Shown here: positions 50,487 through 58,818 of the stretch, in pieces
Numbering within the stretch: position 1 is the stretch's first letter
How the letters are laid out: each line of letters starts with the position of its first letter
Source: Rhodocyclaceae bacterium
Lineage (GTDB): Bacteria; Pseudomonadota; Gammaproteobacteria; Burkholderiales; Rhodocyclaceae
Assembly: GCA_046295975.1 (NCBI GenBank)
Contig: JBKBMG010000004.1
Coordinates: 69,403 to 133,402, forward strand
DNA: 64,000 bases
Direction of reading: 5' to 3'
The notes under the pieces: model-generated
What the model saw: the letters and a program-made list of their open reading frames with translations, nothing else
What the model was told of the DNA's origin: nothing
The model's database searches: none
Program-made: the position numbers and the translations under genes

Positions 50487-52094
50487 ATGACCGACCGTAT
50501 TCCCTTCGACAGACATCGGCGAGGCTTTGCCCGCGCACTTGCGGCAGGTGCCGCGCTATTGCCGCTCGGCCTGGCCGGCCCCATGTCGGCGTGGGCCGCC
50601 GGACCGGCACGTGGTCCGGAGGTGTTGCGCATCGTCGGTCCGTGGGAAATCGTGGGCCTGGATCCGTCGCGTGCCGGCTATCTTTTCTCGCGCATGGAGA
50701 TCGTCGAAACCCTGTTCGAGGCCGATGACGACGGCGCCCCCCGGCCCGGGCTCGTCCGCGCATGGACAGTGAGCGAAGACGGCCGGAGCTGGACCCTGCA
50801 ACTGCGCCCGGGCGCGCGCTTCCACGACGACACCGCGGTGACCGCCGATGCAGTGGTGCTGGCCCTGAACCACGCCCTGGCCAAGCCGGGTGTACTTGGT
50901 CTGGCGCCGGTCGAGCGCGTTGCCGCCGAAGACGGCGCGGTGGTCGTGCACTTGCGCGAGCCGTTCGCGCCGCTCGCGGCGGTGCTCGCTCACAGCAGTA
51001 CGCAAATCCTGGCCCCGGCAAGCTACGCCGCGGACGGTACGGTGAGCCGCATCATCGGCAGTGGGCCTTACCGCATCACCGCGTTGCAGCCGCCGCAACG
51101 TTTCGAGGTGGAGCGCTTTGCCGGCTGGGACGGCACGCCCCCCGCGATTGCGCGGGTCAGCTATCTGGCCGTGGGCCGCAGCGAGACGCGCGCACTGATG
51201 GCCGAGAGCGGCGAGGCCGACCTGGTGTTCGGGCTGGACCCCGCGAGCTTTCAGCGGCTTGGCCGCAGTCGTTCGGTGTCGGTGGCGTCGGTACTGATTC
51301 CGCGCACGATTTATCTCAAGCTCAACGCGGGTCACCCCTGGCTGGGCGACCCGCGGGCACGCGAGGCGATCAGTCTGGCGCTGTCGCGCAACGGCATTGC
51401 GCGTGCAGTGCTGCGCGATCCCGAACTTGCGGCCGGCCAGTTGCTCCCGCCCACGCTGGCCGCCTGGCACGACCCGGTACTGGGGTCGCTGGAGGCGGAC
51501 GTTTCGCGCGCACGCGCGCTGCTCGGGGAACTCGGCTGGCAGGCCGGTGCGGACGGCATGCTGCAACGTCCGGCGGAGGAGGGCGGGGCGCCGTTCGCGC
51601 TGCGTCTGCTGACCTTTCCCGACCGCCCCGAACTGCCGACGGTCGCGGCGGCGATACAAGACCAACTGCGCCAGATCGGCATTGCCGTCGCCGTGGCGGT
51701 AGGCAATTCCAGCGAGGTCCCTGCCGGACATCGCGACGGCACCCTGGAAATGGCGCTGGGTGCGCGCAACTACGCGCTGGTGCCCGATCCGCTGGTGACC
51801 TTGCTGCAGGATTTCGGCCCCGAAGGAGGCGACTGGGGGGCGATGGGCTGGTCCCATCCGGAATTCACGGACACCCTGAACGCGCTGGCGCGCGTGAGCG
51901 GCGCCGGCGACGACGAGCGGGGTGCGGCGACGCTGCGCAGACGGCTGACGAGCATCCTGCAGCGCGAACTGCCGCTCATCCCGGTCGCCTGGTACCGTTT
52001 GTCGGTCGCGGTGTCGCCGCGCCTGTCGGCGGTGAGCGTGGATCCGCTCGAGCGCAGCTATCGCGTCGGACAAATGGGATGGGCCGCGCCATGA
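50487..52094 (+). CDS. ABC transporter substrate-binding protein, family 5 (peptide/nickel/opine type), Tat-like signal
   Basis: 535 aa. The N-terminus MTDRIPFDRHRRGFARALAAGAALLPLGLAGPMSAWA has a twin-Arg motif. The SBP_bac_5-like core reads WTLQLRPGARFHDDTAVTADAV. Confidence 0.88.
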   Translation: MTDRIPFDRHRRGFARALAAGAALLPLGLAGPMSAWAAGPARGPEVLRIVGPWEIVGLDPSRAGYLFSRMEIVETLFEADDDGAPRPGLVRAWTVSEDGRSWTLQLRPGARFHDDTAVTADAVVLALNHALAKPGVLGLAPVERVAAEDGAVVVHLREPFAPLAAVLAHSSTQILAPASYAADGTVSRIIGSGPYRITALQPPQRFEVERFAGWDGTPPAIARVSYLAVGRSETRALMAESGEADLVFGLDPASFQRLGRSRSVSVASVLIPRTIYLKLNAGHPWLGDPRAREAISLALSRNGIARAVLRDPELAAGQLLPPTLAAWHDPVLGSLEADVSRARALLGELGWQAGADGMLQRPAEEGGAPFALRLLTFPDRPELPTVAAAIQDQLRQIGIAVAVAVGNSSEVPAGHRDGTLEMALGARNYALVPDPLVTLLQDFGPEGGDWGAMGWSHPEFTDTLNALARVSGAGDDERGAATLRRRLTSILQRELPLIPVAWYRLSVAVSPRLSAVSVDPLERSYRVGQMGWAAP

Positions 52095-52140
52095 GCGTCT
52101 GCCGTCCGAAAGCAAGGTGGCCGTTTCCGGAGCACGGGCA

Positions 52141-53139
52141 ATGAGCGCCGCGAAGATGTCCGAGTCGGTCGCATCGGCGACCCACCAAGGCCTGCATCCG
52201 CTTGTTGGGATGGCCGGCCGACGTGGACTTCAGGCGGTGTTGGTGGCCCTGCTGGTCGGTACGCTGAGTTTCTTCATGATGCGTATGCTGCCGGGCGACC
52301 TGGCCTACCGGATAGCCGCCGGTCGCTATGGCTACGACTTGGTGAGCACGCTCGCGGCCGATGCGGTGCGGGCCGAACTGGGGCTGGATCTGCCGTGGTA
52401 TCGGGCGCTCCTCACATGGCTGGGAGACCTGCTGCGCCTGGACCTGGGCGTGTCGCTGGTGACCGGTCAGCGCGTCGCACACGAGATCGCCCACCAACTC
52501 GGCCATACCTTGGTGCTGGCCTTTACTGCCATGGGGTTTGCGCTGGTGCTTGGCCCGACCCTGGGGGTGCTGGCGGGGCTGCGCCCGGGGGGCGTGCTCG
52601 ACCGGGTCACCCTTGTCGCCGCAGTGATTTTCAAGACGCTACCGCCGTTTCTGCTTGGTCTGCTACTGATCGTCGGGCTTTCCGTGCATCTGGGTTACCT
52701 GCCCGCGGCAGGGCATGGCCATGCGACCAATCTGGTGCTGCCGGCGCTTACACTGGGGCTGGGACTGGCCGCCACCTCTTGCCGGGTGGCGCGCGATGCG
52801 ATGCGTGGCGCGGCCGAATCGGCCTGGTTCGCCTTCGGTCGCACCAAGGGCTTGAACGATCGGCAGGTGGTGCTGCGCCACGGCTTGCGCAACGCGGCCG
52901 TGCCGGTGGTGGCCTACCTGGGCGTGCAACTGGTGTTCGTGATCGAAGGCGTGGTCATTCTCGAAACCCTGTTCGCTTGGCCGGGCATCGGACACGCGCT
53001 GGTGCATGCGATTTTCTGGCGCGACATCCCGATGATCCAAGGTACGGTGATCACGCTTGCGTTGTTGTTCGTGCTGCTCAACGCGTTGGTCGATCTCGCG
53101 TGTTTCGCACTCGATCCGCGTCGTCGCACGAGTGCGTGA
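52141..53139 (+). CDS. ABC transporter permease (DppB/NikB-like)
   Basis: Polytopic, with the DppB-like N-terminus ...LVALLVGTLSFFMMRMLPGD. The start is uncertain: GTG 52117, ATG 52141 or ATG 52210. Confidence 0.85.
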   Translation: MSAAKMSESVASATHQGLHPLVGMAGRRGLQAVLVALLVGTLSFFMMRMLPGDLAYRIAAGRYGYDLVSTLAADAVRAELGLDLPWYRALLTWLGDLLRLDLGVSLVTGQRVAHEIAHQLGHTLVLAFTAMGFALVLGPTLGVLAGLRPGGVLDRVTLVAAVIFKTLPPFLLGLLLIVGLSVHLGYLPAAGHGHATNLVLPALTLGLGLAATSCRVARDAMRGAAESAWFAFGRTKGLNDRQVVLRHGLRNAAVPVVAYLGVQLVFVIEGVVILETLFAWPGIGHALVHAIFWRDIPMIQGTVITLALLFVLLNALVDLACFALDPRRRTSA

Positions 53140-53199
53140 GATTCCCCGGATACCGTTCGCCGCTCTTCACCCTGTGCTCACACGCTCCCAAATTTCCCG

Positions 53200-54129
53200 A
53201 TGACGTCTTCCCATCCGTCTTCCGCCCGCTCGTCCGGTGTCGCGCTGTCGCTTGTTTCGCCCGCCGGGCGTGATCCCGCAACATCCGATCCGTCGTCAAC
53301 AGCGCGCGATGTGGTGCTCGACGTGGCAGCGGCGACTGCGCCACGTCGTTCGCGTCTGCGCCTCACGGGGGCGTTGCTGCTTGGCGCCGTCGTGCTGTTC
53401 GCCCTGCTCGGTCCTTGGTTGGTGGCGTACGATCCAGCCGCCCAGGACCTGGACCGCTTTCTCGAACCGCCTGGTGCGATACATCTGCTGGGTGCAGACC
53501 ATCTCGGCCGCAGCATGCTGGCGCGACTCGCCCACGCCGCTCAGTTGTCACTGGCATTGGCGGTGCTGAGCGTGTTGAGCGCGGCGCTCCCTGGCGTTGC
53601 CCTGGGCATGCTCGCCGCGTGGCGTGGAGGCTGGACCGAGCGCCTGTGCGGCGTGCTGACCGATTCGGTGCTCGCGTTGCCGGGCCTGCTGTTGGTGCTG
53701 CTGCTCGCGGCGTTTGCGCCTGGCGCGTTCTGGCCGCTCTACGTCGGTCTGTCACTGACCTTCTGGGTGGAGTACTTCCGGGTGGTGCGGGCGAGCACCC
53801 GCAGCCTGTTGGCCAGCCCCCAGGTGGAAGCTTCGCGCTTGCTGGGCTTCGGTCCGCTCTACATCGTACGCCGCCACCTGTGGCCCGAGATCGCACCGCT
53901 GGTGGCGACGCTGATGAGCTTTGGTGCGGCGTCGGCGGTACTGGCCATGGCCGCGCTTGGCTTCGTCGGCGTGGGCATTCGTCCGCCCACGCCCGAGCTT
54001 GGGGTGATGATGACCGAGTTGCTGCCCTACTATCAGGAAGCGCCCTGGCTGATCGCGTCACCGGTGGTGTTACTGGCAGTCACCGTGCTTGGACTTGCGC
54101 TGGTGACGGGAACGGAGGCACGGCGATGA
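53200..54129 (+). CDS. ABC transporter permease (DppC/NikC-like)
   Basis: Contains LLGADHLGRSMLARL, typical of DppC/NikC. The long Ser/Ala-rich N-terminal extension suggests a later start is possible. Confidence 0.85.
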   Translation: MTSSHPSSARSSGVALSLVSPAGRDPATSDPSSTARDVVLDVAAATAPRRSRLRLTGALLLGAVVLFALLGPWLVAYDPAAQDLDRFLEPPGAIHLLGADHLGRSMLARLAHAAQLSLALAVLSVLSAALPGVALGMLAAWRGGWTERLCGVLTDSVLALPGLLLVLLLAAFAPGAFWPLYVGLSLTFWVEYFRVVRASTRSLLASPQVEASRLLGFGPLYIVRRHLWPEIAPLVATLMSFGAASAVLAMAALGFVGVGIRPPTPELGVMMTELLPYYQEAPWLIASPVVLLAVTVLGLALVTGTEARR

Positions 54130-55520
54130 GCAGGGTGCTTTCGGCCGAGGGCTTGTGCGTGCGCGCCGGCACGACAGACTTGATCCATGACGTAAGCTTC
54201 GACCTGCGTGCGGGCGAACCGCTGACCCTGCTGGGCGAAAGCGGTGCGGGCAAATCCCTGTTGGTGCAGGCGGTCATGGGCAACCTGCCGCAAGGTCTGA
54301 CGGCGAGCGGACAGGTGGCGGTGGGCGAGCATCGTAGCGACGCCGGCGACCCACGTGCACGCCGGCCGCTGTGGGGGCGCGCGCTGGGTTTGTTGCCGCA
54401 GGAACCCTGGCTGGCACTCGATCCCACCATGCGGGTGATCGATCAGATCGCCGAAAGTCATCGCTTCGTGCGCGGCTTGCCCGGTATGCGCGAGGCGAGG
54501 CTGCGCGCCACGAGCGATCTCGAATCCGTCGGGCTGGCGGACGCCGGGCGCAAGTATCCACACCATTTGTCGGGTGGCATGGCGCAGCGCGTGGCCTTTG
54601 CCGCGGTGTATGCAGCCGGGGCGCCGGTGTTGATCGTGGACGAACCCACCAAGGGACTGGACGCACGGCTGCGCGACGACATCATCGCCTTGCTGCGCCG
54701 CTTCCTTGAAGAAGGCGGGGCCTTGCTCACCATCACCCATGACGTTGCGGTGGCGCGCGCGCTGGGCGGCCGGGTGGCGGTCATGCAGGGCGGGGCAATG
54801 GTGGAGGCCGGGGAGGCCCACGCCGTGCTGACATCGCCTGCCCATGCCTACACCCGCGCGCTGCTCGAGGCAGAACCGTCGCGCTGGCCGGACCGGCCGG
54901 CGGCCGATATCGGTGAAACATTGCTGGACGGCAGGGGACTGGGCAAACGCTTCGGCGAGCGCCGGTTGTTTTCCGGGCTGGATGTGACGGTCCGGGCGGG
55001 CGGGCGCATGGCGTTGCAGGGGGCGAGCGGCGCGGGCAAGACCACGCTGGGCAATCTGTTGCTCGGGTTGTTGTCGCCAGACGAAGGTCGCGTCACGCGC
55101 AAACCGGGGCTTGCGTCCATCCGTCTGCAGAAACTCTACCAGGACCCGGCAGCGGCCTTTGCGCCCCGCATCACGCTGCGCCAGTCGCTGCAGGACGTGC
55201 TGACCTTGCATCGCCTGCCGTGGTCGCGGCTCGAAAGCCTGCTTCAGGCGCTGCGCCTTTCACCCGCACTGCTGGCGCGTCTGCCGTCGGCCGTGTCGGG
55301 CGGTGAGCTGCAGCGCATCGCCTTGGCGCGGGTGCTGTTAATCGCGCCGGCGGTGATCTTTGCCGACGAGCCGACCTCGCGCCTGGACCCGATCACCCAG
55401 CGCCAGACAATGGACTTGCTGGTGGATAGTGCGGCGGAGCGGGGCAGCGCGCTGGTGCTGGTGACCCACGACCCCGATCTTGCCGCCAAGGTTGCCGACA
55501 CGACCGTCGCCGTTGGGTAA
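54126..55520 (+). CDS. ABC transporter ATP-binding protein with two fused ATPase domains
   Basis: 464 aa. The first domain has GESGAGKS / LSGGMAQR / LIVDEPT and the second has GASGAGKT / VSGGELQR / IFADEPT. ATGA overlap with the upstream stop. Confidence 0.9.
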   Translation: MSRVLSAEGLCVRAGTTDLIHDVSFDLRAGEPLTLLGESGAGKSLLVQAVMGNLPQGLTASGQVAVGEHRSDAGDPRARRPLWGRALGLLPQEPWLALDPTMRVIDQIAESHRFVRGLPGMREARLRATSDLESVGLADAGRKYPHHLSGGMAQRVAFAAVYAAGAPVLIVDEPTKGLDARLRDDIIALLRRFLEEGGALLTITHDVAVARALGGRVAVMQGGAMVEAGEAHAVLTSPAHAYTRALLEAEPSRWPDRPAADIGETLLDGRGLGKRFGERRLFSGLDVTVRAGGRMALQGASGAGKTTLGNLLLGLLSPDEGRVTRKPGLASIRLQKLYQDPAAAFAPRITLRQSLQDVLTLHRLPWSRLESLLQALRLSPALLARLPSAVSGGELQRIALARVLLIAPAVIFADEPTSRLDPITQRQTMDLLVDSAAERGSALVLVTHDPDLAAKVADTTVAVG

Positions 55521-55533
55521 ACCCGACCGCCTC

Positions 55534-56328
55534 CTAGCCGCTGGTCTGCAGTGCCCGGCGGTCGCGTTCCACCTTGAAGATGTAGCGCTGGATGTTGGCG
55601 GCGAGCTTGCTGGGCAGGTCCACAAACTCGCAGCCGAAGCGCAGGTTGCGAACCCCGGCACGCGTCTCGACGTGGAACTGGTTGCGAACCTTCAGTTTGA
55701 CCGGCGCCGGCTCGAACTCGGGTAGCGCCAGCACGCATTGCTCCAGCAACATGCCGGCGGACACCTCGATCTCGCCCGGCGAGGCGACCAGCGCCAGCCC
55801 GCCGTTGCTGATGTCCAGGGCGCGGAACTCCTGGGTCTTTACCGTGCCGTCCGGTTGCGGACGCGAAATGCGGCACAACACCGGATGGCTCACCGGTACC
55901 GGCAGGCGATAGCACTCGCGCCGCTGCAGGCGCAGGACCGCCTCGGGCATGGTGCATTTCAAGGCTTCCATTCCATCGTAAGGAAACGCGCCGGGGTGGG
56001 CGACGGTGAACTGCACCCGTATGCCTTCCAGCCGCGTGACGCAGGTCAGGCGGTCGGCGCCCAGGCTGCGCTCCTTCAACGCCTGATCGGGGCTGGCGTC
56101 GAGGATGAGTTCGTCCTCGCCCGGGGTGACCGCCAGCACCGCGCTGACGAACGATACGCTGGGATTGACGTACACGCTCAGCAGCGCGCGTTTGTTTTCC
56201 AGATTGCGGATCAGTTGCAGGATGGAACGCTTGTCGCGGACGACGTAATTCGGAAATTTCTCGATATCGAGAATCTCGTGGCGGATGTCCTCATCGGGCG
56301 CCTGAGGCGCCTGGGTGTCCTGTGTCAT
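55534..56328 (-). CDS. ycgR: Flagellar brake protein YcgR (PilZN + PilZ, c-di-GMP binding)
   Basis: 264 aa with the PilZ motifs LQRRECYR and LDISNGGLAL, plus the N-terminal YcgR domain (ILQLIRNLENKRALLSVY). Confidence 0.88.
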   Translation of the reverse strand: MTQDTQAPQAPDEDIRHEILDIEKFPNYVVRDKRSILQLIRNLENKRALLSVYVNPSVSFVSAVLAVTPGEDELILDASPDQALKERSLGADRLTCVTRLEGIRVQFTVAHPGAFPYDGMEALKCTMPEAVLRLQRRECYRLPVPVSHPVLCRISRPQPDGTVKTQEFRALDISNGGLALVASPGEIEVSAGMLLEQCVLALPEFEPAPVKLKVRNQFHVETRAGVRNLRFGCEFVDLPSKLAANIQRYIFKVERDRRALQTSG

Positions 56329-56405
56329 GCTGTTCGTTGTCCGGTTCGAAGAAGAGGCGGTCGATGCCGGCCGCCCTTGGCCGCTTGCCTGCCCCGCGCC
56401 TTATA

Positions 56406-56750
56406 TCATGGTTGGCCGGCAGGCGGGTGTGCAGCACTTCCGGTTTCCGGCAATTCACGTTGCTCCACCTTGTACAGCCAGGCCAGCAGTTCGGCGATCG
56501 CCACATAGAGCTGGGGCGGGATCCGTTCGTCGAGATCGACCTGCATCAGCAGTCCGAGCAGCTCCGGCGACTCGTGCACATACACTCCGGCTTCCCGGGC
56601 GCGTTCGATGATTTCGTGCGCGATCAGCCCCTTGCCCTTGGCGACGACCCGTGGGGCGGCTTCGCCCGGCGTATAGGCGAGGGCCACGGCTTGCTCGCGC
56701 AAGCCCTCGTCGGTGTCGTCGCGAGCGTCGAGGTGGTCACTCGGCGGCAT
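56406..56750 (-). CDS. Stand-alone FlhB C-terminal-domain (EscU/YscU-type) protein
   Basis: AVALAYTPGEAAPRVVAKGKGLIAHEIIERAREAGVYVHESPELLGLLMQ...IPPQLYVAIAELLAWLY aligns with the post-cleavage FlhB-C subdomain. There are no transmembrane segments and no NPTH motif. ATG at 56750; a TTG at 56768 is an alternative start. Confidence 0.8.
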   Translation of the reverse strand: MPPSDHLDARDDTDEGLREQAVALAYTPGEAAPRVVAKGKGLIAHEIIERAREAGVYVHESPELLGLLMQVDLDERIPPQLYVAIAELLAWLYKVEQRELPETGSAAHPPAGQP

Positions 56751-57975
56751 GGCGGCGCTCCGCGACAAAGCCGGTCAGGGGCAGGTCGGCCGCCTGCAGT
56801 GCGGCGTCCAGCGCCGGTCGGGCGTCGATCAGGGCTTGAACCGAGGCGTCGTCGTCCGCGAGCAAACGCAGGGCGATGCCGGCCGGCGTGAGATGCAGGC
56901 GCGCCTCGACGCCGCCCAGGCGGGGCAGGCTTACGCGCAAGGTGGTGTGCCAGCCGTCTGCAGCTTCGTCGCCTTCGCCGTGATCACGTTCAGGGTCGTC
57001 GATTTCCCATTCGAATCGCTGGCCGGGCCAGGCCTGTCCATGCACGATGTATTGTTGCGTGGCCATGGCGTCGAGCTGCTGGTGCACCACCGGCAGGAGC
57101 CGTTCGGGTAGCGTGGGCGCCCGGCCGGAAGCCTGCTGGGCTTCGGCGGCGCGCGCCGCCTCGCCGTCGGCAAGGCGCAGCGCCTGGGTGCCGCGGCCAG
57201 CCGCTTCGGCGGAGGCTTGACCGGGGACACCACGCTGCTGCGCGTCTGCGCCGCCCTCGCGCGTCGTCGCGCCGGGCACGGTCACGCCCAGCAACAGACC
57301 GGCGAGCGTACCTGAGAGTCCGCTTGTCGTACCGCCCGCGCCAGCCGCCGCCGCGCCGGGTTGCAACAGCGGACTCAACTGGCCCTGGGGCTCGCGCAAC
57401 AGGCCGGCGGTGTCGTAGCGGCCCGCCAGCCAACGCTGTTGATGCGCCTCGTAGAACAAGCCGCTTTGACTGAGTGCTTCGCGCAGTGCCGGCGCAAGTG
57501 TCTGCGCCGCCTGGCTGCCGGTCGGAGCACTCGACAGCAGGGGCTTGCCGGCGGCCAGTTGCGTGGCCGCCGCGGCCGGCTGTCCGGTGAGGAGAAAGCT
57601 GATCAAGCGACCGGTCGGGCTGAGGTTGGGGCGGCTTGCATCCGCCGCCGCAGTACCTGTAGCGCTGGTGTTGTCCGCCAGAGACGCGAATACCGCCCGC
57701 GAGGTGTTCTTGGTGACGACGAGTTCCAGCGTGTCGCCCGCCTTGGCGGCATGGTTGAGCGCCAGGGTGTAGCTGCGCCCGCCGACAATGGCCTGGAAGG
57801 TACCATCGGGCAGGGGGCGCTGAAGCGTCGCGGTGAATTGCTGCCCCGGCAGCAACTGCGGCAGGCGGGCCTGGATCTCGCGGACCTTTGCCGTACCCTG
57901 TACGGGGGGCTCGCTGTCGAAGAAACTCGCCTCGGTAAGCATTCTCAGGCGGGCGGCGAGATCGGAGGGAATCAT
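56737..57975 (-). CDS. fliK: Flagellar hook-length control protein FliK-like
   Basis: 412 aa with an Ala/Gly/Pro/Gln-rich low-complexity centre. The C-terminal Flg_hook-like region reads GWHTTLRVSLPRLGGVEARLHLTPAGIALRL. Its position between fliT and the flhB-C-like gene supports the call. Confidence 0.75.
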   Translation of the reverse strand: MIPSDLAARLRMLTEASFFDSEPPVQGTAKVREIQARLPQLLPGQQFTATLQRPLPDGTFQAIVGGRSYTLALNHAAKAGDTLELVVTKNTSRAVFASLADNTSATGTAAADASRPNLSPTGRLISFLLTGQPAAAATQLAAGKPLLSSAPTGSQAAQTLAPALREALSQSGLFYEAHQQRWLAGRYDTAGLLREPQGQLSPLLQPGAAAAGAGGTTSGLSGTLAGLLLGVTVPGATTREGGADAQQRGVPGQASAEAAGRGTQALRLADGEAARAAEAQQASGRAPTLPERLLPVVHQQLDAMATQQYIVHGQAWPGQRFEWEIDDPERDHGEGDEAADGWHTTLRVSLPRLGGVEARLHLTPAGIALRLLADDDASVQALIDARPALDAALQAADLPLTGFVAERRHAAE

Positions 57976-58013
57976 GGCGGGACTCGGGGCTGCCGTTCAG
58001 GGCATGGGCGCGC

Positions 58014-58364
58014 TCAGGGACCCGATGAGGGGCCCATCGCGCCGTAGGCATTGCGTACGGCACGGTCGCGGGCGCCGTCGGAGAGCAGCTTGCGCGCACT
58101 GTCCATCCACGGTTCGACGTGCTGCCGCACCGTTTCGACATCTGCAAGGACTTGGGTGATCTGCTTGGCCTTGAGCGCCTGCGCGGCCGCGTCCAGCTCT
58201 TCCGCCTGGGCTCCGCCTGGCTCAAGGCGGGCCAGCGCGTGGCGCTGCTGGGCAAAGCGGCGCTCGAGTTCGACCAGCGTGTCCCAGTCGTTGGCGATCG
58301 CCGCGTTCACCATTTCGCGCGACAGGCAGACCATTTCGTCGACCAGTTTGAGCGACGCACTCAT
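58014..58364 (-). CDS. fliT: Flagellar export chaperone FliT
   Basis: 116 aa from MSASLKLVDEM.... It contains DWDTLVELERRF and ends ...RNAYGAMG, reminiscent of FliT. It sits directly downstream of fliS. Confidence 0.7.
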   Translation of the reverse strand: MSASLKLVDEMVCLSREMVNAAIANDWDTLVELERRFAQQRHALARLEPGGAQAEELDAAAQALKAKQITQVLADVETVRQHVEPWMDSARKLLSDGARDRAVRNAYGAMGPSSGP

Positions 58365-58374
58365 GCCGATGGCC

Positions 58375-58791
58375 TCATTCGGGCGCCGCGCCGGTGCGCA
58401 CCTGCGGTCCGATCGCCTCCCAGCTTTCACGCAGACCGCCCAGCAGTTCGGCCACCTCGTCGAGGGCGGCGGTGTTGTCGTGGATGTTGGCGTAGAGCAG
58501 GCGGTCGATCATGTAGTCGTACAGCGAGGACAGTCTCGCAGAGAGTTCGCCGCCGGCTTCGTGGTCGAGACTGGCGTCGAGCCCGGAGGCGATGATCTCG
58601 ATGGCCTTCGAGATCGCCTTGCCCTTGTTTGGGACGTTCTTGGAACTGATCGCCTGCTTGGAGGCGGCGATGGCCATCAGGGCGCCGTCATAGAGCATCA
58701 GGATCAGTTTATGGGGATCGGCAGTGCTGACGCCGGTTTCGACACCGACCCTGGCGTAGGCTGAAGCACGGTTGGCTGTTGCGCCGAACAT
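58375..58791 (-). CDS. fliS: Flagellin-specific chaperone FliS
   Basis: 138 aa containing AYARVGVETGVSTADPHKLILMLYDGAL....KAISKAIEII.GL..SLD.E.GGELS.RLSSLYDYM. Confidence 0.93.
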   Translation of the reverse strand: MFGATANRASAYARVGVETGVSTADPHKLILMLYDGALMAIAASKQAISSKNVPNKGKAISKAIEIIASGLDASLDHEAGGELSARLSSLYDYMIDRLLYANIHDNTAALDEVAELLGGLRESWEAIGPQVRTGAAPE

Positions 58792-58818
58792 CTTAGTACT
58801 CCTGATCTGACTCTGGGA

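Noticed and set aside
50147-50632. Full 161-aa minus-strand ORF
   Set aside because: Its 5' third is antisense to the well-supported SBP gene and is Arg/Ala/Pro-rich. Only the part within the spacer (at or below 50488) is kept, as a low-confidence curiosity in the findings.
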